From the NCBI RefSeq assembly GCF_009834535.1, contig NC_045696.1:80726001-80790000 (forward strand): 64,000 bases of DNA, written 5' to 3'. Both the position numbers and the translations under genes were made by a program. The notes below the pieces were generated by a model that did not search any database, had not been told where the DNA came from, and saw only the letters and a list, made by a program, of their open reading frames with translations. Numbering within the stretch: the first letter of the stretch is position 1; each line of letters starts with the position of its first letter. Positions 52,526 to 64,000 of the stretch are shown here, in pieces. The stretch comes from Camelus ferus (Eukaryota).

Positions 52526-53439
52526 GAACATCTTGTGGGTCCTACACCTAGCTTAGAAACCATACACCAAGAAAGTGTTCTGAGCAAGTTGCGTGAGTCC
52601 AAACCCTGAAGTCAGAGAACTTGTCTCTGCTTTCTAATTAATTTTCTCTCTCTCAGGCACTTTAGGTGGCCTCACTGTTGGGTTTCCATGGGGCTGGCTT
52701 ACCAAGCTCTGCATATTTTTTTTTTTTTCATTCTTTTCTCCCTATCGTCCACGCTACATTAAACCTCAAAGTTACGGGGGCCATACTTAAGGTGACAGTG
52801 ATTAGCACTTGTGCTGAGAGGTCATGAATGTCAACACGAGTGTGTGGTTCTCCTATGTTCTTTTTAACAAACAGTTCTAGAAAGTTAGGATGTTTGCCAA
52901 GAGGGAGAAATCTCAAATACTAAACTTCATGTCCTGGCAGTACAGTGGGGAGGAGGTGATTTTGGTCTGCTTGCCTCGGCGGGCTCCTTGTAAAATCAGC
53001 TCTGTTGCTAAGAATGTACAGGATTTCCTTTGCAGATTTATGTAGAAGTTGAAGAGTACAAGGCTGACCACAAAAGGCATTGAGAGTGCCAACTTCTTGT
53101 CTTCTAGCTTTACTGGTTGGTGTTGATAGGATGAAACTGGGGGAAAATTGGCTACTATAACCCAAACTCACCCTAATATAATCCTAACTTGAATCATAAA
53201 GTCAGTATAAGAGTTTGCAGTGGGAAATATCTCTTTTCAGAGGGAGGCTGGCTGTTCAGCCTTCAAAGGAGGGACCCAGTATTGACCACAGGAATTTGGA
53301 ATCAGAAATCATTTGAGCTATTCTCCCCGGGACCTTGCTCTAATCCTCCTGGAGGCCAGAGCCTTACATCTTAATGGTCTAACAGAGGATGAGAGGATAC
53401 AAGGTGGGTGAGGAGAGAGCCCATGATAAATATGGCCCG

Positions 53440-53570
53440 ATTAAGAGAAATAGCTCTGGGTTCTGAATCTGACCCTACTGCTCATTAGCTGTGTGACCTT
53501 GGGCAACTTACATAAACTCATTAGCCTCCATTTACTATCTGAAAAAGGGGAAGTCTACTGACACATGGTG
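53440..53570 (+). mobile_element. MIR
   Basis: ctgggttctgaat...tagctgtgtgaccttgggcaa. Confidence 0.7.
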
Positions 53571-53708
53571 AATATTCAGTTCATATTTCTATTATTATCA
53601 TATCATTAATAGTATTATTTTCCTCTTGGAAAAAGTTGGAAAGCTAAATCTGAGGTTGGCGTTCATCAGTCTCTCGGCTGGGGTAGAAGTAGAAGAATTT
53701 TGGTTTTA

Positions 53709-54140
<432 letters not shown>

Positions 54141-54334
54141 TTAGCAATATGAGGAAAGAGAGAGACGCTGGGTATTCATCTTTCCTACTAGGAGATGAAG
54201 GAGAGATGGCTTACAGACTTCTCTTTAGGTCCTTTGGTCCTCCTCTTGAACCTTCACTATGGAGAATAACTTATCAGCCAACTGGGGTGGGAAAAACAAA
54301 GATGAGTAAACCGAATTCCTGCCTTACCCTAGGA

Positions 54335-54500
54335 CCTTATTATTCAGGGTGTGGTCCAGGGTCCCAGAGGAGTCACATCCCCTGGGAGCTTGTTAGAAAC
54401 GTAGAATCTCAGGCCTCAGCCAGACATACTGAATCAAAATCTGCATTTTAACAAGGTTCCCCAGGTGATTCACACATATATTAAAGTCTGAGAAGCACTG
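54335..54500. mobile_element. MER5A1-like MITE in TMEM212 intron 2
   Basis: ctgggagcttgttagaaa...gaatctcaggcc...actgaatcaaaatctgcattttaacaag...tgagaagcactg. Confidence 0.8.
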
Positions 54501-54979
54501 CTGTGGCCACAGGAAGATCTGTAATCAGACCATGGTAGTCTTTCTGTCCCATGGGGTTGCTTGGCTCTATACTGTTGAAATGCAAGATACTATAGAATTT
54601 TCATCCTTTTTTTTGGGAGGCGGTACCAGAGAGATTGGAAGGAGATCCCAGATTGAGAAATTGAGGCTCAAAAATGCATTGTTAAAAATAGAGGAGCCTA
54701 TAGACTCATTTCTTCAAAATGAAATTCAGGAACACTAACTCTGGCTCTGTCCTCGCCAGACTACAATACTTGAATACAATAATCACAGGAACTTGTAGAA
54801 AATGTTTGGAGCAGGTATCAGATAAAAATTATCCACTTAAAATATAGTTTATTACTGACATCCTTCTTGTAAAGATCGATTAGAATTCAATTCTAATTGG
54901 AAACCACATTCTCTGTGTTCCAGTAGAGCTCTAACCTTCAAACTCCCTCCATCATTCTACTCGATGTCTAGAAGTTTAC

Positions 54980-55039
54980 CAGGTATCTCTGGATCCACTG
55001 TCTGTGAGCCAGCAGCAGGAGGACACCGGTCGTGATGGC
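54980..55039 (-). CDS. TMEM212: TMEM212 coding exon 2 ([20 protein letters not shown])
   Basis: Read manually: tcctttcacAG|GCC ATC ACG ACC GGT...AGA TAC CTG|GTaaac. 60 nt, phase 0; matches the remembered human [20 protein letters not shown]. Too short for the ORF track. Confidence 0.93.
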
Positions 55040-57399
55040 CTGTGAAAGGAAAGTGGGAAAACAACAGCTATGACAGAAGGCGCCTCTGGAAGGAGTCCAA
55101 TCTGTCTCACAGTTTGACAACTTTATCATGAACTAGAAGGAATAGCATGTGGCTAAATGGATTTACGGCTCTGAGCGTCACCTCATCCGTGATGACAATG
55201 AGGAAAAGAGGCCATCAGTGTCACAGAGACATGATTCATACAAGCTCCTTTTTGGATTTCCTGCGTTGCCTTTGCCATCACAGTTATGGCCTTTACCACT
55301 GTAAGATGTGACTGCAGTCAAAGTGGGGCTTGATAACCCTTGCCAGGTGTCTTGTTTTGATGAGCCGTCTAGTGTTCCTCGTTCTCACAGATCTCTAAAA
55401 CTATAAATGGGAAGAACTGGAATGGAAACGCGTCACAGATCCCGGAAAACCCTCCCAGCATCTTTTACAGTTTGCTTTCTTTTGAGATTCTGCAGCCTCA
55501 GCCTGCTGGTGGGTTGCAAATCTGTGATCCCTGTTACTCAGGGAATAAAGACCATTATTAGGATGAATGCAGGATGGGACATTTATTGTACCTGGGGCAG
55601 TCGCGTTCAGCTTTTCAAAAAAAAAAAAAAAGAGTTCTTTATAGTCTCGGTGGAAGAAAAAGGCCCCAAGTGCAGATTGAAATAGTTCAACAAAGGAGGG
55701 AATGGTGTCAGCAGAACTGAGCAATGGATAGTGAAAAAAAATTTCTGGGCACATCTTCGATTCGGCACCGGGTCTGATGGAGACCTTTGTGGTGACTGAG
55801 TCTGGAAATTGCTTACTCCCAACCCATAAATCATTTGTTCCTGGTCAAGGAATGTTTTGAGGTTGAGAGAGAAAACCAGGAAGAGATGTGCCTGAAATAA
55901 GATATAGGATGAGGACAGGACTAAAAATAGTTACAAGTTAGGTTTTTGACAGAGACATAAGCATGACTGTATGTATAATATCAACAAATTTAAGGGGGAA
56001 AAGTCAGAGCTTTTACCAATCTGGTTTTGTGGGTTGCTGCTTTTTGTAGCTCCGGCTCTGGCAGATGTATTGTTTTGAGACCTAGCTTTTCATTTTCCTG
56101 GCATATTCTATTTTGAATATTGGATTTAGAGAATTTGAGAGCAAGGGAGAAAAAGCACACACACATCCACTCACACAAAACTTCTCATGGAGCTAAGCTT
56201 GAAATTCCAGGCTTGGCATCGCCATACCATAAAACTCCCGTGGACAAAAACGGAACCATCTGTAGTCAAGAGGCTGGCTTGATTCTGCAAGAGGAAAGTT
56301 TCCAAGGGACCCTATGGAAGTTGAGCCAGCATAAATAGTCCAACAAAACAGGAGAATTATTAAGATCAACTGTAGTGCTGATGGTAAGCCTGGGGCCAGT
56401 CTCTGCTTAAGGCAAAGCACTTGATGGACATGTCACTCCTCTGTGAGAGAGAAACACTAAGACAAACGAGACAAAAAGCAAAGGAGACGCCACTTGCTGG
56501 TTTAAGTCCAAGTAGATAGCCGACATTATCAGATACGGAGATTCTAGGTTGCCTTCACTGCTTTGGCACAAACTGTTTCTTTCCTTTTGAAAGTTGAAAA
56601 ATCCTGCAGAATTGCAGTTGCCTGTTATTTCTGTTGTAACTGCCAGCTTGAATTTTGCTTTGTTTACCCAAAACTTTGAAAAAGATCTTTCATGGGGTAG
56701 GCTGGCAGTATGAATGCTGTTCAGTAACTTGTTAAATCCACCCCGAGACCAGCACACCCGTCTTTACTGGTGCTCAGCTGGCTGTGGGAGATGGAGTGTG
56801 GGTGTTCCCCCAAGAGTCACAGGATTTTCCTTTTCTTTCATTTTTTAAAAAAATTATTTTTAGATAGAGAAGGGGAAAAGAATTAAAAAAAAAAAAAAGG
56901 AAGAGATTTGAGGGTAGGGAAGAGAAGTCAAGTGGGAAAAGGAAATGCGGGAGTGTCTGAGAGCTGAGAAGTTGGGCAGCGTAGGGCGGTCAGATTGTGA
57001 GGAAGGATGGAGGGGAGGCCGTGCTCGGGAAGGGTGTGCGTGCAGAGGGGAGGCCCAGCCCCGCACCCCCCAGCCCCCACCCCCGCCCTCCCCAGCTCTC
57101 CTTGACAGTCTACTGACTTGCTCTGTGGGCAGTTCCAAGGACGTTACTTGGGTTTTGCAAAAGTTGCTGCTAACATTCTCCGCGATAATTGTGAACCCTC
57201 CCACTAAATTTTTAAATTGCCCAGTAAAGGACGCCGTTCCCAGAAGCAAATGAATTGAAGGAAGCAGAGAGCAGTCACAACAGAAATAGGAACCTTCAGA
57301 GGAATTATTATAATATGGGTGAATTTGTTCACTTAACAGACGTCTTTTTGGGTCTACTGAGAACAAGGGATGTGCTAGGCACTGTGCGGAGGGAGTAAT

Positions 57400-57600
57400 G
57401 TAACAGCATCTAACACTAACCGAGCACTTCCTCTGTGCCAGGCACTGTACCAGACACTCCATGGGTTAAGTCACTTCATCCTCATAATGAATAGCCCTAG
57501 ACTGCAAATCTGCTTATTTTTCAAATGAGGCACAGAAAGGCTGAATATGACGAGCAAGCTCACCCAGCAACAACTACACAAATACTGGCTCCAACTCTCA
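57400..57600 (-). mobile_element. MIR
   Basis: gagcacttcctctgtgccaggcactgt...atcctcata...aaatgagg. Confidence 0.6.
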
Positions 57601-58104
57601 ATGGAATTTACAGTTCAGATGTGAAAGGAATGTCATAGAAGAACGTCCATAACCTTAGGCAAGCGCGAGTGCTTTCTGTGTGAGAAGAACGCAGTGACAA
57701 GATATCACTTCCAGAGGGAACCATCGCTGATGAAGGCATGGAGGGCTCGGAGCAGATTGGAAGGATGGATGTGATTTCACTGGGAGACGGCAGAGGGAAG
57801 GGTGGTCCAGGCAGCTGGAGCAGCAAGGGCGCGGGGCACTGTGGCCATCGTGCTTGGGGAACAGTGACAGAGGAGCCCAGAGGGTGCGAGAGGGTCGGTG
57901 CTGGGCAGGGAGGGGCAGGACAAGAGGCCGGGATGAGGAGGGCCTCAGAATCCAGGCTCACATATCTGAACTTTGGACGATGAAGCAACACTGAAGGTTT
58001 CTGAAGGAGGGGCCAGACTGACGCAGCTGAGGTTTAGAAAGATGGGCTTGTTGTTGCATGCACGCTGGACTGGAATGGAGTGAGGCCTAGAGGGCTCTGT
58101 AGGA

Positions 58105-58325
58105 CCTTGGTCTTCAAGATTTTTTTTTTCAAACCCCTACCCACAGTAAGAAACATATTTTGCATCATGACCAAGTTGGAAATATTTTTATATCTAACCA
58201 AAATAATAATAACCTTATTATGTATGATACACTCTAATATTCTCTATTCATGGTTTAAATGCTGCTAACTACCCAATAGATTGATTTTATAACCCACCAA
58301 GGCATAGAGTCCCACAGTTTGGCTA
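58105..58325. mobile_element. hAT-Charlie-type non-autonomous element (subfamily uncertain)
   Basis: acccacagtaagaaacatattttgcatcatgacc...actctaatattctctatt...ttgattttataacccac. Confidence 0.6.
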
Positions 58326-58519
58326 TCAGAGTTATTGAAGTGTAAAACCTGGGTGGGGGTGGGGTGGGAAGTGGGATGGAGTTGGGGGAGGGGGCTGCAC
58401 AGTGAAAAAGAAGAAGAAGGAAGGCATAGGGATATACTTTGTAGGAAAAACAAAAGTTACTTGGCAACTCATTGGATGTGATGGGGTGGGAGTGGGGCTG
58501 AGGTGGGCTGGTTTAGGGA

Positions 58520-58685
58520 ATTGCTGCCTTAAGCACAGTCCTAAGGATCAGGAGCATCTCTTCCCTTGGAAACTTGTCAGACATGCAGAATCTCAGCCTC
58601 ACCCTAGACTCACTGAATCAGAGCCTGCGTTTTAACACAATCCCCATATGATTTATACACACATGTCAATTTGAGAAACACTAGT
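58520..58685. mobile_element. MER5A1-like MITE
   Basis: atgcagaatctcagcc...actgaatcagagcctgcgttttaaca...tttgagaaacact. Confidence 0.75.
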
Positions 58686-59739
58686 TTAGAGGAAAGGATT
58701 GAGTCAAAATTCATTCCAGGGTTTGAAATTGGGTTCAAAGAGTGGGAAGTCAGGAGAAGAAATAATTGCTTTTGGTGGTTAGATGATTACATCTTTGGAC
58801 AAGTTCAGTTTCGAAGCTTAGGATATCTGAGTGGAAAATTGACCATCAGTTTGCTGGAAATCACAGGACTGTTGAAGTTATAAGAGACTTGAGCAACAGT
58901 GCAACCAAGTCCCTTCTCTAGTGGATGAAGAAACTGGAGCTTGCATGGGTAAGTCTGGCTCGACCTTTCTCCACAATTCTTGTCTCCCAGAAGGATTCTG
59001 GGTGCAGCACTGCTGCTCACCATTGGCCGAGTCACTGGACCCTCCAGGCTTTAGGTCCTGGATTTAAACTCACTGTACTGCAGTCTCTACATCAGAGCTT
59101 GATTTACAGGCCGGGTTTTCTAGGATTAAAGTAGAGCTAAGTCCATAAGGCACTATGATCTCCTTGATGCATACTTTGTAGCAGCTGATGCCTTTAAATA
59201 ACCTGGTTCAGAAATCCTAGGAAAACTCTTTATCATGTGGCTGTCAGAACAGAGCTAGGAGAGTCTGAGGACCAGTATTTGTGAAGAATTTAGAAAGCCT
59301 TGGACGAAAGTCACCGAAAAAATACCAAGTATGCATCACTTTTAAAAATCTATCTCTTCCAATCTCAAAAGAGATACAGAGTCATTTTCAAAAGAAAGTA
59401 TTGTTGAAATGTACAAATTATCTTTCCACCAGAGGAAGATACACTTTGCAGGCAGGTTGAAAAAGAAGGTTGTAGGATGTGTCAGAGACATTTTGAAGTT
59501 AACCCTGATCAGTCAGAGCTGTGGTTCACTAGCAAACTTATCACTAGGAGAAGAAAAAAATCACATTGTTCCAAATTTAGACATTATTGAAAGAGTGAGC
59601 GTTCTTATTGCTTTCCTTCTCATGAGGATTTTTTCCTGCTTTAGTGTAAATACCAGCTTGACCTTTAGTCTTTGCAACCTAATCAGAGTTCTACTGTATT
59701 AGGAATTGTGTGCTATCAGAATAGTGAGCATAGGATTCA

Positions 59740-60790
59740 CCACTCATTCAACAACATTTATCAAGCAGTATTTATTGAATACCTTATATGTTACTTACTC
59801 ACTTTGTTTCGAGTGATGAAGATATAGCACTGAACAAGATAGAAAAAAATCCTGACTTTGTACATTCTACATTTGGAGGGAAGGGGACAAACAAACAATA
59901 AGTAAGTCAACTGTATTGTATATATTTCCATAAAAAAGAATAAAATAATGCCATTTGCAGCAACATGGATGGACCTGGAGATTGTCATTCTAAGTGAAGT
60001 AAGCCAGAAATAGAAAGAAAAATACTGTATGATATCATTCATATGTGGAATCTTAAGAAGAAAAAGACACAAATAAACTCACTTACAAAACAGAAACAGA
60101 CTCACAGACATAGAAAACAAACATGATTACCAGTGGGGAAGGGGGTGGGAAGGGATAAATTGAGAGTTCAGGTTTTGCAGATACTAACTACTATATATAA
60201 AATAGATAAACAATGAGTTTCTTCCATATAGCACAGGGAACTATATTCAATAACTTTCAGTAACCTATAATGAAAAAGAGTATGAAAACAAATATATATA
60301 TGTATACGTATGACTGAAACATTATACTGTACACCAGAAAATGACACAACATTGTAAACTGACTATACTACAATAAGAAATAAAAACAAAACAAAAATAT
60401 TGGATATTAGATGGTATTAAGGGCTGGGGGGAAAATAGAACAGAGTATGGGAGATTGAGAATGCCATTTGAGGGGAAGGTTTGCAGTTTTAAATAGGGTA
60501 ATGATGGAAGGCATCAGTGAGAAAGTGACATTTGTTTCAAGAATTGTAGGAAGTTAGGAAACAAGCTGTGTGGGGGAAGAGGCTTCAGGCAGAGAACTGG
60601 CAGTGCAAAGGCCCTGAGGCAGAAACACACCTTGGCATGTTTGAAAACAACAAGGAAAGAAATGAGCTAAGAGAATAGTGGCAGGAGAGGAGGTCTAGGA
60701 AGTAAAAGGATGAGGAACTCAGAAGGTCACCAGGGAATGGAATGGGAGAGTGAGGCAGGTGGCAAGGGATTAAGAACAAAGGGTTTGGAC
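59740..60790 (-). mobile_element. L2 3' end split by an L1 insertion
   Basis: cactcattcaacaacattta...gtgcaaaggccctgaggcagaaacacaccttggcatgttt. Confidence 0.75.
59924..60397 (+). mobile_element. Artiodactyl/camelid-type L1 3' end nested in L2
   Basis: aataatgccatttgcagcaacatggatggacctggag...gacacaacattgtaaactgacta. TSD tattg(t/g)atat at 59914-59923 and 60398-60407. Confidence 0.9.
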
Positions 60791-61329
60791 AGAGAGTAGG
60801 GCATAAATGAAAGACATGGTATTAACTAGCATTTGTGTAGGGCTTTAAAACTGGCAGAGCTCTATATTACACAGTCTTTGCTCGAATTGTGCTCATTCTC
60901 TATGAGTACCTTAGGGTTAGACAGTTTCACATGCTCTCTTTACCTGTGAAATTCCCCTTTCTACAGGTAAAGGCAATGAGGAACTGGCTGCATAAGGGCC
61001 CTGAAATCTTGACCACCTACCAAGAATGTCAAAGGGGAATGGCACCTCCCCAAACCCTAACTCTCTGACTCTACTTCCTCTTGCTGTCACCCTCAAAATA
61101 AAAAAGCCACCAATATCTCTGGGCTAGAGATATTATCATACCATTTCTCTGGGCCCGATTGGTCATACAGATGTTTGATGTAGAACAAGTATATATTCAA
61201 TAATTTGTGAATTTAATCAAATCAGTAATATCTGTTGACCATATTTATGACAGATTCTGTAGGGATAGGCAAAGAATTATAAGAAAGGGACACACAGTTG
61301 GGCAGTAATCATTGTTTTGTTAGACTTTG

Positions 61330-61575
61330 GGCCAGTTGTAAAGTCTGAATTTTGAAAAATAAAATATCAGAATTCACTTCACACAGAAGGTTGTCTTGTT
61401 TTGTGAAACTTTTGTTATATTGATCTATATATATATCTATAGCTCTGTCTATATATCAGTATCTATCTACTTACCCTGAGAGAAATACATAGATGTATTT
61501 ATGTAGGTTCCAGGTCCTGATATAAAATGTTTTTCTTATCCTGGGTCACTAACAAAAGTTTGGAAGTTGCTGGTA
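61330..61575. mobile_element. Second copy of the 58105-58325 hAT-Charlie family, opposite orientation
   Basis: aaaatatcaga...ttgttttgtgaaacttttgtt...taaaatgtttttctta...gggtc...aaaagtttg. Confidence 0.55.
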
Positions 61576-62737
61576 TAAATGTAGTTGCCATTTCTACATT
61601 CTAGTAGATGCTTAATAAACATTTCTTTGAATGACTGTATGGTTTGTGGTAGGTGTTAGGGAAAAGAGTGGAGGTTCAAGACTTGGGTGGTGGTTGTAAT
61701 AGAATGTATTAAATAAAGAAAAGAATAATACCATCGGATGGTTTCCTTATTCAGTTCCACGCTCTCAAAGGACCATCCCCTTCCCCTCAGATGTTCACCA
61801 TCATTAAACCCCACTAGACCGAGTTCCTTTAATATTGAGAACTTGTTCTATTCTCCCTGCAGCTCAAGCATGTAGGAGGCAATCAATACATATATATTGA
61901 ATAAATAGACTACAATATTTCCTAGGGTTTTGCTTTTAGATGATATCCCAGTTCAAGTTCAATTTTTTTAAAAGACTTAAAATATTGTCCCTCCTGGGAG
62001 TAGCTACATTTTAATAGAAAACTCCCTAAGATCAAAAAGCTTCAAATTTGAACTGTCTAGTCTCCAGTAATGAATGTCAGGTATCCTGAGAAACAATGAG
62101 AGAAGGATTTGTTGGGTCTTTAAGCCTCTGTAATGCCTCTTCAATCAAGCCACCTCCTCCTGAGGTGAGGGGTGTCCCTTTCTTTGACCCAGGGAGCTAG
62201 ATACCAGTGCTGTCATCCTTCAATCATGTGATCATGCACACTTTCCTAGTGAGGCCTGAAGTTAGTAAAGTCCATCACCCACCTTCTTCAATTATTTTCA
62301 GTTCAAACAGTTGTGTGCAAAGAAAAAGATGGGAGAACTCAGATTTTGGTCTTGCAAACCTTTGGGTCATGTAAACACACCTCATTGTTTCTAATAAAAG
62401 CATTAGTCTGAAAATTATTTTAATTTGTTCTTCATTTAAAAATTCTTTTTCATGGGTTATACTTTTCTCAATTCAAATTTCAAAAGAGAAATTCCAATTT
62501 CTCAGAATATTAAGGTTAAGAAGATTAAAATAAAAGAACGTTTTAAGAATGTCTTGAACAGCATTTCATTATAGTATGCATAATACAGTTTAGTATAATA
62601 TAGTATAGTATAGATGATTGAATGATATTAAGAAAATCCTATGTTTAAAAGATAACTAAACTAATAGAAATCAGTGTTGTAAGGTAAAATCTGATTTTCT
62701 TTAGAATTTTGATGTCTTCATATTGTTGAAAAACTTA

Positions 62738-63092
<355 letters not shown>

Positions 63093-63919
63093 ATGCGGAC
63101 TGTTGATCTACTTGGAAGCAAGATTGTATTTGCTTTTGTGAAATCATGATCAAATGTAGTGAAATAATTTGACAAAATAAATTCTAATACTAGTTTATTT
63201 CAGAGAGAGAGAGAGAAGTTGTTTCTTGTTATGGGCTCCCACCTCCATTCCCTCCATTCTGCTCTGTCCTGGGGAGTGACCACTTCCTGGCTTAATCAGA
63301 TTCAAAGGCTTGCTGACTGAGCTAATTGTTTCTCAACTCAACCTGTCTGGTGGTTCCAGCATAAAGCCAACATCCTTTGTGCACAATAGATCCACATTCC
63401 CAGCACAATTTCCCACAAAACAAAGTAAATTTCCTTCAAAGTTCAATTCTAATATAATTATTTTGGATTTTTTATTTAGGATTATGCATAAGCTTCATTA
63501 TGAATTTCTGCATTGTTTTCACTGAACCAGCTTCACCTTAATTATTTCATTATTAATTCAATTATCAAGTAAAGTGCAAAGGTGGAAATGCATGCAGTGG
63601 TAAAATAAACTTCGAGGAGTAATTCATTAATTGAATAAAATACTGATCTCCATTCTTGAATCGTAATTCAGATTTTAGATGGCAGGCTTATGTACACTGG
63701 AGCAATAGCAGAAGTTCATCTCTTAATTTCTCATGCATTTGAGAAAGTGGTGTGTATTTGCTGTGACTCAGACGGCATGTTTGACTGTCTCTTCCAAGAC
63801 AAACATCTGGAAAACACAGACCACTTTCTGAAGCTATCTGATTAAATTTCCTATACAATCTTCATGCCTTTTTTCTTTTTCTTTAAATAAAATAAAGAAA
63901 AATAATTTTATGGATGGAC

Positions 63920-64000
63920 ATGCGGTGGTTTAGAATATGGATTGTGGAGTCGGACAGAGCTGGGGTCCTGTTCTGGTCTCACTACCTACCAGGTATGTGT
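63920..64000 (+). mobile_element. MIR 5' part running off the window end
   Basis: gtggtttagaat...tggagtcggacagagctggg...ctctcactac-like MIR head. Confidence 0.55.

Larger units (their letters stand above)
57700..58870 (-). mobile_element. Fragmented L2 interrupted by two hAT MITEs
   Basis: L2-like tracts at 57700-58090, 58400-58500 and 58690-58870. Confidence 0.5.

Noticed and set aside
54879..54897. 9-bp AT-rich inverted repeat attagaatt-c-aattctaat
   Set aside because: Short, AT-rich and with a 1-nt loop; plausible by chance in 64 kb.
56860..57462. 200-aa ORF, the longest in the track, sense within TMEM212 intron 1
   Set aside because: It starts in a MIR and crosses low-complexity G- and T-runs; no recognisable domain or supported splice structure.

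Overview
Mammalian genomic DNA, most likely camelid (alpaca/llama/camel), inferred from three tRNA-Ala-derived Vic-1-type SINEs and no Alu or Bov-tA copies recognised. The only protein-coding gene I can support is TMEM212 on the minus strand: three phase-0 coding exons (62825-62983, 54980-55039, 53760-54083; 181 codons) with canonical GT/AG junctions. Its terminal coding exon cannot be fixed from sequence alone. The remaining ~50 kb downstream is non-coding and rich in transposable elements (L1, L2, MIR, MLT1, LTR16, MER31, MER5, MER117, Tigger1). Repeat families were named by eye from remembered consensus sequences, so subfamilies and boundaries are approximate. The most interesting features are a CpG-retaining solo LTR with promoter motifs pointing antisense toward TMEM212, a forkhead plus RFX X-box cluster at the TMEM212 start, a possible LTR-derived last exon, several unusual retrotransposition scars, and a perfect 15-bp hairpin. 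I found no evidence for a new multi-gene system, CRISPR array or prokaryotic-type locus.
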